Positions 1 to 8,645 are shown, counted from the stretch's first letter. The stretch: DNA of 64,000 bases from an uncultured Planctomycetia bacterium (GCA_964409365.1 CAYPCX010000003.1:84577-148576), one strand, 5' to 3'. The notes: a model not told the origin generated them from the sequence alone. Numbers and translations: made by a program.

Positions 1-2
1 AC

Positions 3-2132
3 ATGCTCTATGCGGGAACGACCGTTGTCAGGGGAACGGGTAAAGCCGTAGTTACCGCCACCGCCATGGATACGGAACTCGGAAAAATAGCCGAGGCGCT
101 CGCCGAGACCAAGACTCCCCCAACGCCGTTCGAGATAGAGGTCGATTCGCTTTCCAAGCATATCACTTTCGCTATACTCTTTCTGGTAGCGGGCGTCGCT
201 TCGCTTTTGTATTTCCGCCACACGATGCCACTGCCCGACATAGCCATATTCTCGCTCAGCCTCGGCGTCGGCGCCATACCGGAAAGTTTGCCGGTGGTCC
301 TTTCGTTCGCCCTCGCTATGGGCGCCCAGCAGATGGCCACACGAAAGGCGCTCGCGCGGCGCCTGGCCATAGTGGAATCGCTCGGATCGCTCGACGTCAT
401 CGGCTCCGATAAGACAGGTACGCTCACAAAGAACGAGATGACCGTCCAGGCGCTTTTCCTTCCGGGCCACGGTATATATCATGTTACCGGCGAAGGGTAT
501 GACCCCACACATGGCCAGATCGAACATCTCCACGAAGGCAAGCAGGGCGCGCTGGAAAGGCTCCTCACAGCCAGCATTTTGTGCAATGACGCGAAAGAAA
601 CGGTAAAGGACGAGAAAAGCATCTACCTCGGGGACCCCACGGAAATCGCCCTCCTGGTAGTGGGCGAAAAAGGCGGCCTCAAGGTCAAAGGCACGATCTC
701 GGATTCCCCGCGCCTCGACGAAATACCCTTTACGAGCGAACGCCAGATGATGACGACGATACACCAGATCAAGGGCGAAAAGACCGCCGTCTGTAAGGGC
801 GCGCCGGAAGTGATCCTGGCGAAATGCACGCACGTGGCAAAGAACGGCGATAAACAGCCGATGGATGAGGCGAACCGCTCGGAGATATCAAAGACCCTCG
901 AGAAGCTCGAGAACGACGCCCTGAGAGTCCTTGCCTTTGCCGGCCGCCCGGTAGCCGAAGGCGCGGACAAAGGCTCCATGGAAGAGGACCTTACCTTTTA
1001 CGGCCTGACGGGCATGATAGACCCGCCGAGGTCCGAGGTCCGCGCGGCCGTCGCCGAAGCGAAGGGAGCTGGCATACGAACGGTCATGATCACGGGCGAT
1101 CACGCGCTGACGGCCCGCGCCATAGCCGGCCGCCTGGGGATGGGGCAGAACGCCGTGACGGGCCGCGACGTCGATGCGATGAGCGACGACGAACTGCAGA
1201 AAAAAGTCCCCGGCATAGACATAGTGGCCCGCGCCACGCCGATCGATAAACTGCGCGTTCTTCAGGCGCTCCAGAGAAATAAACATTTCGCCGCGATGAC
1301 CGGCGACGGCGTGAACGACTCGCCCGCCCTGAAACAGGCCGACGTCGGTGTCGCCATGGGTCTCAGGGGAACCGACGCCGCGAAGGAGGCGTCGGGACTG
1401 GTCCTTCTGGACGACAATTACGCTACCATCGTGGCCGCGGTCGAGGAAGGCAGGCGGATATTCGACAACATACGCAAGTTCGTGAACTACCTCCTTACCT
1501 GTAATATCGGCGAAGTGCTCACCGTCATGCTCGGCGCGTTCTGGGGCCTTCAACCGGTAACGGCAATAATGGTCCTTTGGGTCAACATACTAACCGACGT
1601 TCTTCCGGCGATATCGCTCGCGGTCGACCCGCCGAACCCGGGCCTCATGAAACGCAAGCCGAGACCGCACGACGAGCACATACTCAACAAACCGCTCCTT
1701 CTTACGACCGTCGCTATCGGCTTGAAAAAAGGCTGCATGCTTTTCGGCGTTTTTCTGGCCGGCTACTATTGGATAGGGAAGGGTCTTCCGCACGCGGCGC
1801 GTCTGGAATACGCCCAGACCATGACGTTCACCGGGATCATACTTTACTCGTTCGTCCGCATTTTCGTCATACGAACGTTCGATACGCTGAAATTCTGGTC
1901 GAACCCGTGGCTCGTAATATCACTGGGCGTCGCGGTTTTTCTCCAGGTATTCATCATTTATACACCCGATGTGAACACGTTCTTCGGGCTTCAGCCGCTG
2001 GGATATAAGGCCTGGGGGATACTTTTGGCGATGGCTACGGCGGCCGGCTTCCTCGGGGTATGGATCTCGAAATGGATCGAATCCTGGGCCGGCTCGGTCA
2101 TAGACATAAGTGCCTCAAAACAAACCACTTAA
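3..2132 (+). CDS. Cation-transporting P-type ATPase, 5'-truncated by window edge (C-terminal ~709 aa)
   Basis: Phosphorylation motif DKTGTLT; hinge motif TGDGVNDSPALKQADVGVAMG; C-terminal multi-pass hydrophobic segments. Open at window start. Confidence 0.9.
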   Translation: MLYAGTTVVRGTGKAVVTATAMDTELGKIAEALAETKTPPTPFEIEVDSLSKHITFAILFLVAGVASLLYFRHTMPLPDIAIFSLSLGVGAIPESLPVVLSFALAMGAQQMATRKALARRLAIVESLGSLDVIGSDKTGTLTKNEMTVQALFLPGHGIYHVTGEGYDPTHGQIEHLHEGKQGALERLLTASILCNDAKETVKDEKSIYLGDPTEIALLVVGEKGGLKVKGTISDSPRLDEIPFTSERQMMTTIHQIKGEKTAVCKGAPEVILAKCTHVAKNGDKQPMDEANRSEISKTLEKLENDALRVLAFAGRPVAEGADKGSMEEDLTFYGLTGMIDPPRSEVRAAVAEAKGAGIRTVMITGDHALTARAIAGRLGMGQNAVTGRDVDAMSDDELQKKVPGIDIVARATPIDKLRVLQALQRNKHFAAMTGDGVNDSPALKQADVGVAMGLRGTDAAKEASGLVLLDDNYATIVAAVEEGRRIFDNIRKFVNYLLTCNIGEVLTVMLGAFWGLQPVTAIMVLWVNILTDVLPAISLAVDPPNPGLMKRKPRPHDEHILNKPLLLTTVAIGLKKGCMLFGVFLAGYYWIGKGLPHAARLEYAQTMTFTGIILYSFVRIFVIRTFDTLKFWSNPWLVISLGVAVFLQVFIIYTPDVNTFFGLQPLGYKAWGILLAMATAAGFLGVWISKWIESWAGSVIDISASKQTT

Positions 2133-2151
2133 ACCCAAACCGAACCACTTT

Positions 2152-2184
2152 CATACATCGGGTGTATTATACACCCGATGTATG
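2152..2184. repeat. Perfect palindrome with 15-nt arms ATACATCGGGTGTAT / ATACACCCGATGTAT (copy 1)
   Basis: Second copy with identical arms at 3885-3923 (9-nt loop); half-copy inside the ATPase CDS at 1960-1972. Confidence 0.7.
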
Positions 2185-2197
2185 ATGGATGTATGAT

Positions 2198-2235
2198 GAA
2201 ACTTTTCCTGCGCGAAACTTGTCTAATATAGTGAG
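2198..2235 (+). promoter_or_regulatory. ECF (sigma-E-type) promoter GAAACTT-N16-GTCTAA-TATAGTGAG directly upstream of the ECF sigma gene (autoregulatory)
   Basis: -35 2198-2204, -10 2221-2226, ATG 2239. Confidence 0.6.
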
Positions 2236-2238
2236 ACC

Positions 2239-2796
2239 ATGATAAAAGCGATATCGAGAGAATTACTGGTGCGGGCCTCAGAAGGCGACATGGAAGCCTT
2301 CGAGGAGATATACAGGGCCTCTTCGGGTTATGTTTATACGGTCGCTTATGGGATAACGGCGAGCAGAGAGGACGCCGAAGAGGTGACCCAGGACGTCTTT
2401 GTAAAGATATACCGGAAACTCGGCGGTTTCGGTTTCAGGTCTTCGTTCAAGACCTGGATATACAGGATAACGGCGAATACCGCCATCAACCGGTACAGGA
2501 AAAAGGCCAAGAGGTTCCGCCGGGAGAGGCCCCTGGACGAGGTGCTATCCCGCGTGATCCCCGGGGAGAAAGGCGATGAAAAATTCGACGCCGATCACAA
2601 CAGGACGCTGGTCGATTCGATGCTGAAGAGCCTCCCGCCGGATCAGCGCGCCTGCGTGGTCCTCAGGGAGATCGAGGGCCTGAAGTACGAGGAAATAGCC
2701 CGGACCCTGGAAATAAAGATAAACACGGTAAAGACGCGGCTCAAGAGGGCGCGGAAAAAACTTATGACGATATACGGAAAAGGAGAAAAGCCATGA
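2239..2796 (+). CDS. ECF (sigma-70 family group IV, RpoE-like) sigma factor
   Basis: 185 aa; region-2 like FVKIYRKLGGF...WIYRITANTAINRYRK; region-4 HTH EIARTLEIKINTVKTRLKRARKKL. ATGA start/stop overlap with the downstream anti-sigma gene. Confidence 0.85.
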   Translation: MIKAISRELLVRASEGDMEAFEEIYRASSGYVYTVAYGITASREDAEEVTQDVFVKIYRKLGGFGFRSSFKTWIYRITANTAINRYRKKAKRFRRERPLDEVLSRVIPGEKGDEKFDADHNRTLVDSMLKSLPPDQRACVVLREIEGLKYEEIARTLEIKINTVKTRLKRARKKLMTIYGKGEKP

Positions 2797-3275
2797 GATG
2801 CTCTAAAATAAGAGAACTGGTCCTCACGGATTATACGGACGGGGAACTTAATGAACGCACGCGCGTAGAGGTCGAAGCCCACATGCGGACGTGCGAAAAT
2901 TGCCGGCGGTTCGAAGCCCGTCTTAAAAGCAGGGTCTCCGACCCCCTGAGAAAAGCGCAGCGGCTCGAACCCCCCGAATACCTGTGGTCGCGCATCAAAG
3001 GCGCGATAGAGGAAAGGGCCAAGGAAAACCCGCTCACCGCGCTGAAAGAACGGCTCGAGTCCGTTCTCGTCGTCAGAAGGCCGGCCCTGGCCCTGGCATC
3101 CCTTGCGGTTATCCTGATCGCGGCTGTCTTTTTCACCGGGACGTTCATAGAAAGATCCCGGCTTAACAGTTATATTGAAGAACAGGTCGATTTTTTGGAG
3201 ACACTTAACAACGGGAACGGCAACGGCTACACGTATGACGATATAGGCATCCCGATGGAAGATCTTTTCCTCTAG
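2793..3275 (+). CDS. Anti-sigma factor, zf-HC2 type (putative zinc finger) with single TM helix
   Basis: H-x3-C-x2-C motif HMRTCENC near N-terminus; TM helix PALALASLAVILIAAVFFTG. Translationally coupled to the ECF sigma gene. Confidence 0.7.
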   Translation: MRCSKIRELVLTDYTDGELNERTRVEVEAHMRTCENCRRFEARLKSRVSDPLRKAQRLEPPEYLWSRIKGAIEERAKENPLTALKERLESVLVVRRPALALASLAVILIAAVFFTGTFIERSRLNSYIEEQVDFLETLNNGNGNGYTYDDIGIPMEDLFL

Positions 3276-3277
3276 AG

Positions 3278-3315
3278 GGAACTTTTTCCGGAGCACCTTT
3301 GTCTAAGACAGTGAG
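3278..3315 (+). promoter_or_regulatory. ECF (sigma-E-type) promoter GGAACTT-N16-GTCTAA-GACAGTGAG upstream of CpxP-like gene
   Basis: -35 3278-3284, -10 3301-3306; begins 3 nt after anti-sigma stop. Confidence 0.6.
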
Positions 3316-3350
3316 AGGCGGAAAAAGGACGATCTTAAAAAAGGAGGAGA

Positions 3351-3854
3351 ATGATGAAAATGACAATAAGGACATTTACGGCATGTTTGGTCGCGATAAC
3401 TCTCTTGACCGCGGCGCCGCTTGCTTTAGCGCAGCCCGCTCAGGGCAGCGGACCCGAGGGCGCGGGAGAATGCTCAAGGGGCGGCGCGCGCGCCGGATTC
3501 CTCGAACAGCTCGATCTCACCGACGAGCAGAAAGAACGGATGAAAGAGCAGCGCAAGGCGAACAGGGAGAAGATGAAAGAGCTCATGGGATCCCTCAGGA
3601 ACGAACGCAACGCCCTGCGGGACGAACTGAAAAAACCCGACGCCAGCATGGATTCGGTCGCGGGCACCGTCGCAAAGATGAAAACGGTGCAGTCAGAAAT
3701 GATCGACCAGAGAGTGAACGGTTTTCTCACGATGAAGGAGATCCTCACCCCCGAACAGTTCCAGAAACTCCTCGAACTGAAGGAACAGAGGAAACACCGC
3801 GGCGGCAAACGCCGCATGGAAAAAAAGCACCACATGCGAGGGGACTGGGACTGA
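3351..3854 (+). CDS. CpxP/Spy-family periplasmic LTXXQ-motif protein (envelope stress chaperone-like)
   Basis: Signal peptide MMKMTIRTFTACLVAITLLTAAPLALA; two LTxxQ motifs (LTDEQK, LTPEQF); helical K/E-rich repeats. SD GGAGGAG upstream. Confidence 0.7.
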   Translation: MMKMTIRTFTACLVAITLLTAAPLALAQPAQGSGPEGAGECSRGGARAGFLEQLDLTDEQKERMKEQRKANREKMKELMGSLRNERNALRDELKKPDASMDSVAGTVAKMKTVQSEMIDQRVNGFLTMKEILTPEQFQKLLELKEQRKHRGGKRRMEKKHHMRGDWD

Positions 3855-3884
3855 TAACATAGAGCCCGGGCGAACACACCGAAC

Positions 3885-3923
3885 ATACATCGGGTGTATG
3901 ACCAGGTTATACACCCGATGTAT
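3885..3923. repeat. Palindrome copy 2 (same 15-nt arms, 9-nt loop)
   Basis: Between CpxP-like stop (3854) and next gene start (3951). Confidence 0.7.
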
Positions 3924-3950
3924 AAATGTTCATAACGAAGGGAGAACAAG

Positions 3951-4424
3951 ATGAAGACCAGGAACGCGACGATCTTTGTCATGATCTTTTGCGCGGTATT
4001 AATGCTGGCCGAGACGGCATCCGCCGTTCCCCACAGATGGTATCCCCGAAGGAGGGTGGTCAAACCGGTGGTCGTGACCACCAAACCGCGAGTGGTGGTG
4101 ACCAGCCCCGCAAAGACAACGAAAGTGGCCGAAGGCTGGGGATCGCAAGCGATCACCCAGGAACCCATATCCCCCGAAATCATTAAAGAACGCGGTATAA
4201 AGCCGGACCAGGGCCTTATCGACTTCGAGGTATACCCCACATCCACAAAGATATATCTGGACGGGTCCTATAAGGGAACGGCGGGAACGCTCAACAAGGA
4301 GAAACACTCGCTCAAAGCCACGGCCGGCAGACACACCATCGAGCTGAAAAAGAAACTGGCGCCGACCAAGATAGTGAGGATACGCGTCGAGGCGAGACAC
4401 AAGACCCGGCTGGAACAATATTAA
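3951..4424 (+). CDS. Secreted protein with possible C-terminal PEGA-like beta domain
   Basis: Signal peptide; Pro/Val/Thr-rich linker; C-terminal FEVYPTSTKIYLDGSYKGTAG resembles PEGA domain pattern. Confidence 0.4.
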   Translation: MKTRNATIFVMIFCAVLMLAETASAVPHRWYPRRRVVKPVVVTTKPRVVVTSPAKTTKVAEGWGSQAITQEPISPEIIKERGIKPDQGLIDFEVYPTSTKIYLDGSYKGTAGTLNKEKHSLKATAGRHTIELKKKLAPTKIVRIRVEARHKTRLEQY

Positions 4425-4473
4425 CTTGAACTCTCCCATAAATCCACGTAGAATAAATAAAAACGGAGCATGA

Positions 4474-6540
4474 ATGGGAGATCTAAGAGAACTTGACCTC
4501 AAGAGCTGTTACTGGTATGACCGGGATGACATCCTTTTCGACCTCTATCTTCCCGCGCTATCGGCAGCATCCGCCTGCAGCAAGGTAACCGGCCCTTTAT
4601 CCTCCGAGACCCTTTCGGATCTCGCGAAGAACCTCCCTCAATTCGCCAGAAAAGGCGGACGCACTTTTCTTATCACCAGTATAGTCCTGCCCGGCGGGGG
4701 AACAGTCTCCGCGGAAGATATCGTGAAAAACACCGAGAACAGGGTCCTCAAAGAGATCGGCTATGTCAAGGACGAGGCAAAAAGGGACGGTATCGCGCTT
4801 CTGGGATGGATGCTGAAGACGGGCAACCTGCAGATAAAGATAGCCGTCGTTCCTGAGGGAGCGGAAGCGCCGGAGATAGGCATACTGGAAGATAATACAG
4901 GGAACCGCCTTTCCTTCGCGGGTTCCGGGAACTCGGCAGTGCATGCCTTCAGGAGCTGGGACGAGAGCGGAAAATACGTCGATGCTGATCTCGGTATCTT
5001 CGCGGGCCTCTGGAAATGCGAGGCAAAAAAGACAAAGGTCTATCCCGCGTCCGAGATGTTCACGAACGGCCTTATCCGGTTCGCCCCGGACGACGAGGCC
5101 GCATTCCTGCGCCTGGCACGGTCGATGTCCGAACGGCTGATGGGCCAGCGCAGGAAAAGCGTCGTAAAAAAAGATCTGAGAAAATACCAGGAAGAGGCCG
5201 TGAATGCCTGGCTGGATAGCGGCGCCAAAGGCATACTGGAAATGGCCCCGGCAACGGGCAAGACCTTCACGTCAGTCCATGCGATCGAGGCCCTGAGCAT
5301 TAAAACAGGGAAACTCCTGGCCGTTATAGTAGTACCTCACGAGTACCAGATCTCACTGTGGAAAAAGGAATTAACGGATTTTTTCGGTTATGATTTCGCG
5401 GTCAAAGAAGTTCGCGGGGATATGTCCCAATGGCCTGAGATCCTTGAAGAAAACATTAAGAAATACGCCTCGGGTGAAATGGACCGGCTGGCGATCCTTA
5501 CCATGTATAACACGTTTTCCACAAGCAGGTTCCAGGACCTTGCAGCCGGTCTTCCGGGCGGGGATCCCCAGACGCTGCTTGTCGCAGACGAGGTCCGTTT
5601 CATGAACTTCCCCGAGTTCAGAAGCGGCATGAAAGACACGTACAGGTACAGGCTGGGCCTGAGCGCCGTGCCGCGCGACTGGCTCGAAGACGCGGGGGAA
5701 GATACGCTAAAACAATATTTCGGCGGTACGGTTTACAGCTTTACTTTACAGGACGCTATCCCGGAATTCCTGAGCCCCTACAGCTATTTCCCGCAAACGG
5801 TCGAAATGGGACCCGCCGAGCTCAGCAGATACGCTGAAAAGGCGGGGGAGGATCTCGAGCGGCTATCAAGAGAAAGAGCAAGGGTCATTCTGGAAAACCC
5901 GGGGATACGTGCCGGGTTCGAAAGGATCATACAGGACCTTAAAGAAGAGGGTCAGGTAAACCATCTCCTGGTCTATTGCAGGCCGGAGCAGCTCGATTGG
6001 GTCACGGAAACGCTGAAAGGCAAGGACATCCCGTATCACCGCCTCGACCTGCGGGAATCCAGGGAAGAAAGACGCCTTATGCTCGAACGTTTTAAAAAAG
6101 GCTCTGTCGCGGCCCTTTGCGCCGCGCGCTGTCTCGACCAGGGACTTGAAATGCCGGCGGCGAAAACGGTCATCTTCCTGGCCGCCGATTCCAGCCCCGC
6201 GCAATACATCCAGAGGAGGGGAAAAGTGCTCCTCAAAGACGCGGATAAGGAACAAACGGACATCTATGATTTTATAGTTCTTCCCGCCGAAGGACAGACA
6301 TTGAACAGGATGCTGTACCTCGCCGAAAGGAAGCTTTTCGATAAGCAGCTTGCCCAGGCCCAGATTTTTTACGTGAACGCCAGGAACAGTTCCGACGTGA
6401 TGCCAAAGATGCGCCAGATCGCTTCCCGGTACGACCTCGAGCTTAAGGAAACATCTGCCCCTCCACGCAGGACCGCGCCCATGGCAAGGCTCGGGGGCCT
6501 GGGCCGGCAAAGCTACCTCAATTCACAGAACGGAAAATAA
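4474..6540 (+). CDS. Superfamily-2 DEAD/DEAH-box helicase (type III restriction Res-subunit-like) with ~240-aa uncharacterised N-terminal domain
   Basis: Walker A MAPATGKT (motif I); motif II VADEVR (DExx-type); helicase-C motifs QGLEMP (V) and QRRGKV (VI). N-terminal domain has a GSGNS stretch but no clear HxK. 688 aa. Confidence 0.75.
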   Translation: MGDLRELDLKSCYWYDRDDILFDLYLPALSAASACSKVTGPLSSETLSDLAKNLPQFARKGGRTFLITSIVLPGGGTVSAEDIVKNTENRVLKEIGYVKDEAKRDGIALLGWMLKTGNLQIKIAVVPEGAEAPEIGILEDNTGNRLSFAGSGNSAVHAFRSWDESGKYVDADLGIFAGLWKCEAKKTKVYPASEMFTNGLIRFAPDDEAAFLRLARSMSERLMGQRRKSVVKKDLRKYQEEAVNAWLDSGAKGILEMAPATGKTFTSVHAIEALSIKTGKLLAVIVVPHEYQISLWKKELTDFFGYDFAVKEVRGDMSQWPEILEENIKKYASGEMDRLAILTMYNTFSTSRFQDLAAGLPGGDPQTLLVADEVRFMNFPEFRSGMKDTYRYRLGLSAVPRDWLEDAGEDTLKQYFGGTVYSFTLQDAIPEFLSPYSYFPQTVEMGPAELSRYAEKAGEDLERLSRERARVILENPGIRAGFERIIQDLKEEGQVNHLLVYCRPEQLDWVTETLKGKDIPYHRLDLRESREERRLMLERFKKGSVAALCAARCLDQGLEMPAAKTVIFLAADSSPAQYIQRRGKVLLKDADKEQTDIYDFIVLPAEGQTLNRMLYLAERKLFDKQLAQAQIFYVNARNSSDVMPKMRQIASRYDLELKETSAPPRRTAPMARLGGLGRQSYLNSQNGK

Positions 6541-6544
6541 CGAA

Positions 6545-6961
6545 ATGCAGGTGAACGAAAAAAGGACCTTTATCGGCAGATTTTCTTCGAACGCGGACCT
6601 TTTAAGCTCCCTCACTGGTCTCTGCAAAGAGGAGAACATCAGGCTGGGCGTCTTCACGGTCATCGGCGCGCTGAAATGCGCTAAACTGGGCTACTATGAC
6701 CAGGCCGCCAAAAGATACGTGACGAACGTGGAGCTTGATAAAAAGCTCGAGATCACCTCCTGCATAGGCAACATATCGCTCATGGATTCGGAAATATTCG
6801 TGCATGCCCATATCACCATGGCCGACAGGGAAGGGAAGTGCTTCGGCGGCCACCTCATGCCGGGCGCGACCATATTCGCCGCCGAATACCACATAAAAGA
6901 GCTCATCGGCGCTGAACTCTCCCGCAAACCCGACCCCGATACCGGCCTTTCTCTCTGGTAA
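6545..6961 (+). CDS. PPC (DUF296) domain protein, predicted DNA-binding
   Basis: 138 aa. Conserved DUF296 pattern: GxFxVIGAL..., HAHITMADREGKCFGGHL, AEYHIKEL. Begins 5 nt after the helicase stop. Confidence 0.7.
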   Translation: MQVNEKRTFIGRFSSNADLLSSLTGLCKEENIRLGVFTVIGALKCAKLGYYDQAAKRYVTNVELDKKLEITSCIGNISLMDSEIFVHAHITMADREGKCFGGHLMPGATIFAAEYHIKELIGAELSRKPDPDTGLSLW

Positions 6962-7025
6962 TCCGCTCCAGCCGTTTGCAAAACCCCCCGGCGCAAGGTA
7001 AAATTATGTAGAGGTTAACGTCAAA

Positions 7026-7652
7026 ATGAGAAAACTTTTTATCTTGCTTACATGCCTGGCGCTGGCAGGTTGTGCTACCACTTCCTCAAGAAGCGGGTAC
7101 ACGGCCGGTGGTATCAATACCCCCCGGACCGGGGAACTTAGCGACGGCCAGATGATCGAGCTTTTTCACAAGGTCTATGATGAACCCGCAGAGGACCAGA
7201 TCGACCGGATCGCCAAAGACATCACGATAACAGCGCTCACGAACGCCATGGAGGCCAGAAGGTCCCGGGAAATAAAAGGGTCCGGTGTCCTTAAGGCGGA
7301 ACATAAAAAAGTGGAGCTCAAGAAATGGACCGATAACGATCTACTTGACACCTACCGTTCACTGCGGGTAAAGCTGGACACAGGGGCGGCGGAAGCCGCC
7401 GCTGACACGAATGGATATAACAGCGCTTACTGGGGCACGAGCTCGGCGCGGGACGAAGAAAAAGCAGCGGCCCCGGAGAACGCGGATGAAACGTTAAAGA
7501 TAATGCGCCTGACCGCGGCCTGTTCGATAGAGAACGAACTGAGCCGGAGGGACAAGATCGCTTCAAGGTGGGCCGTCGTCGGCACGGCTGCGGGCGTAAC
7601 GGCGACTATCGCGGCGCGGGTAGCCCTCATGTTGGCCCCATTCCTGATATGA
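7026..7652 (+). CDS. Lipoprotein, paralog A of a two-member family (C-terminal TM helix)
   Basis: Lipobox LALAGC; C-terminal hydrophobic helix. Shares ITIT / GSGV / KVELKKW.DNDL / YRSL / IMRLT blocks with the 9092-9652 protein. Confidence 0.55.
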   Translation: MRKLFILLTCLALAGCATTSSRSGYTAGGINTPRTGELSDGQMIELFHKVYDEPAEDQIDRIAKDITITALTNAMEARRSREIKGSGVLKAEHKKVELKKWTDNDLLDTYRSLRVKLDTGAAEAAADTNGYNSAYWGTSSARDEEKAAAPENADETLKIMRLTAACSIENELSRRDKIASRWAVVGTAAGVTATIAARVALMLAPFLI

Positions 7653-8244
7653 TAAAAAATACCGTTTTGATCCTCATCATGATCCTTTTGTCTCTTTCCG
7701 GGAACACTTCCGCTTCCGCGGAGAACTGGGAAGAATTCGCGAGATGGCACCAGGACCACGCGCCGTCCAGGTCCAAGAGACGGACACAGTCCGGCAGACG
7801 GCTCTTACGGGAAAAAACGGAAAGGATAATGCAGATAGACGTCCAGGCGCGGACCGTCCTCCAGAACGGCGACTACGCGCGCGCCGAAGAACTTTACAAG
7901 GAAGCCCTGGGCCTTACTATCGAAACATACGGCCTGGAAGATATCCGTGTCGCGAAAGCTTTACAATGCTGGGGATCATCTACATGGAGGCAGGTAACCC
8001 CGCCGAGGCGGAAGACGTCTTTACATGGGCTCAGCGCATAGGCGAGCGAACTGTAGGAGGCGACAGCCCCCAGATCATGAACATCTACAGGTTCCTGGCC
8101 GCGGCTTATTACCAGCAGGGCAAATACGAGGCGGCTTCCGCTTCCGCCGGCAAGCTTCTGGAAATAGCTATAGACGCGTACGGCCCCCGCAGCCCCCAGG
8201 CCCGCGAAGCCAAGGGCTTCCTGAAAAAAATAACGATCAAATAG
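7649..8244 (+). pseudogene. Secreted TPR-repeat (kinesin-light-chain-type) protein split by an apparent 1-nt frameshift near 7962
   Basis: N-terminal part with signal peptide is in ORF 7568..8041 (true start MIKNTVLIL at 7649, ATGA overlap with upstream stop). TPR continuation TMLGIIYMEAGNPAEAEDVF... is in ORF 7744..8244, shifted by one base at ...VAKAL|TMLG. Confidence 0.45.
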
Positions 8245-8255
8245 AACGTTTACTG

Positions 8256-8284
8256 TTGAATTACTTGCATTCAGAGGGTATAAT
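8256..8284 (+). promoter_or_regulatory. Sigma-70-type promoter TTGAAT-N17-TATAAT upstream of small secreted protein gene
   Basis: TTGAAT 8256-8261, 17-nt spacer, TATAAT 8279-8284; gene start 8332. Confidence 0.5.
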
Positions 8285-8331
8285 ATTCCCGATTAAAAAT
8301 AATATTCTTTAACTTAATAAAGGGGGGCAAG

Positions 8332-8571
8332 ATGAAAAAGGTGGTAGCACTTTTAGTGGTATTCGTGTTCGTCGTGGGATGCACGGTCGCGTTCGCCGCC
8401 GAGACAACTTCAACGTCTCAGACACAGAAAAAGTCCATGGTAAGGACCTTTTTCGGCGACTTCAAGAAGCTCTGGACCAAAGACATTCCCAACACTCCTA
8501 ACGAAAAGAGCCAGACACACAGGATATGGGAGCAGACGGAAGGCCGCGGCAAAACGGGCGCGCAGAATTAA
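8332..8571 (+). CDS. Small secreted/lipo-protein (79 aa), function unknown
   Basis: Signal peptide MKKVVALLVVFVFVVGCTVAFA; strong promoter and intrinsic terminator flank it. Confidence 0.5.
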   Translation: MKKVVALLVVFVFVVGCTVAFAAETTSTSQTQKKSMVRTFFGDFKKLWTKDIPNTPNEKSQTHRIWEQTEGRGKTGAQN

Positions 8572-8601
8572 GTTTGCTTATTGCATAGCTTGACGTAAGG
8601 A

Positions 8602-8645
8602 CGCCCTCTCTCCGCATTTCAAAAAAGGGGAGAGGGCGTTTTTGA
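8602..8645 (+). terminator. Rho-independent terminator
   Basis: Stem CGCCCTCTCTCC / GGAGAGGGCG followed by TTTTTG. Confidence 0.7.

Noticed and set aside
888-1553. Long antisense ORFs inside confidently assigned genes (e.g. 888..1553-, 9071..9907-, 9896..10783+, 10953..11921+, 12391..13803-, 14124..14888-, 16844..18613+, 34443..35720+, 36076..37548-, 39269..40168-, 47017..47910+, 47648..48820+, 48553..49437+, 49995..50990-)
   Set aside because: All lie opposite genes with strong family-level motifs. Their translations are Arg/Pro/Gly-rich, low-complexity products typical of high-GC antisense frames. None has an SD or recognisable domain.
3299-3311. Shared 13-mer tgtctaagacagt (also at 52960) first read as a palindromic operator TGTCT-A-AGACA
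   Set aside because: About 30 identical 13-mer pairs are expected by chance in 64 kb. Longer context showed it is the -10/start-site portion of the conserved GGAACTT-N16-GTCTAA promoter, not an independent operator.
4474-5200. PLD/HKD nuclease motif in the helicase N-terminal domain
   Set aside because: Only a GSGNS stretch is present. The His-x-Lys dyad expected 7 and 5 residues before the Asp is Pro-x-Ile. Too weak to call a PLD nuclease, so it is kept only as a hypothesis in the finding.
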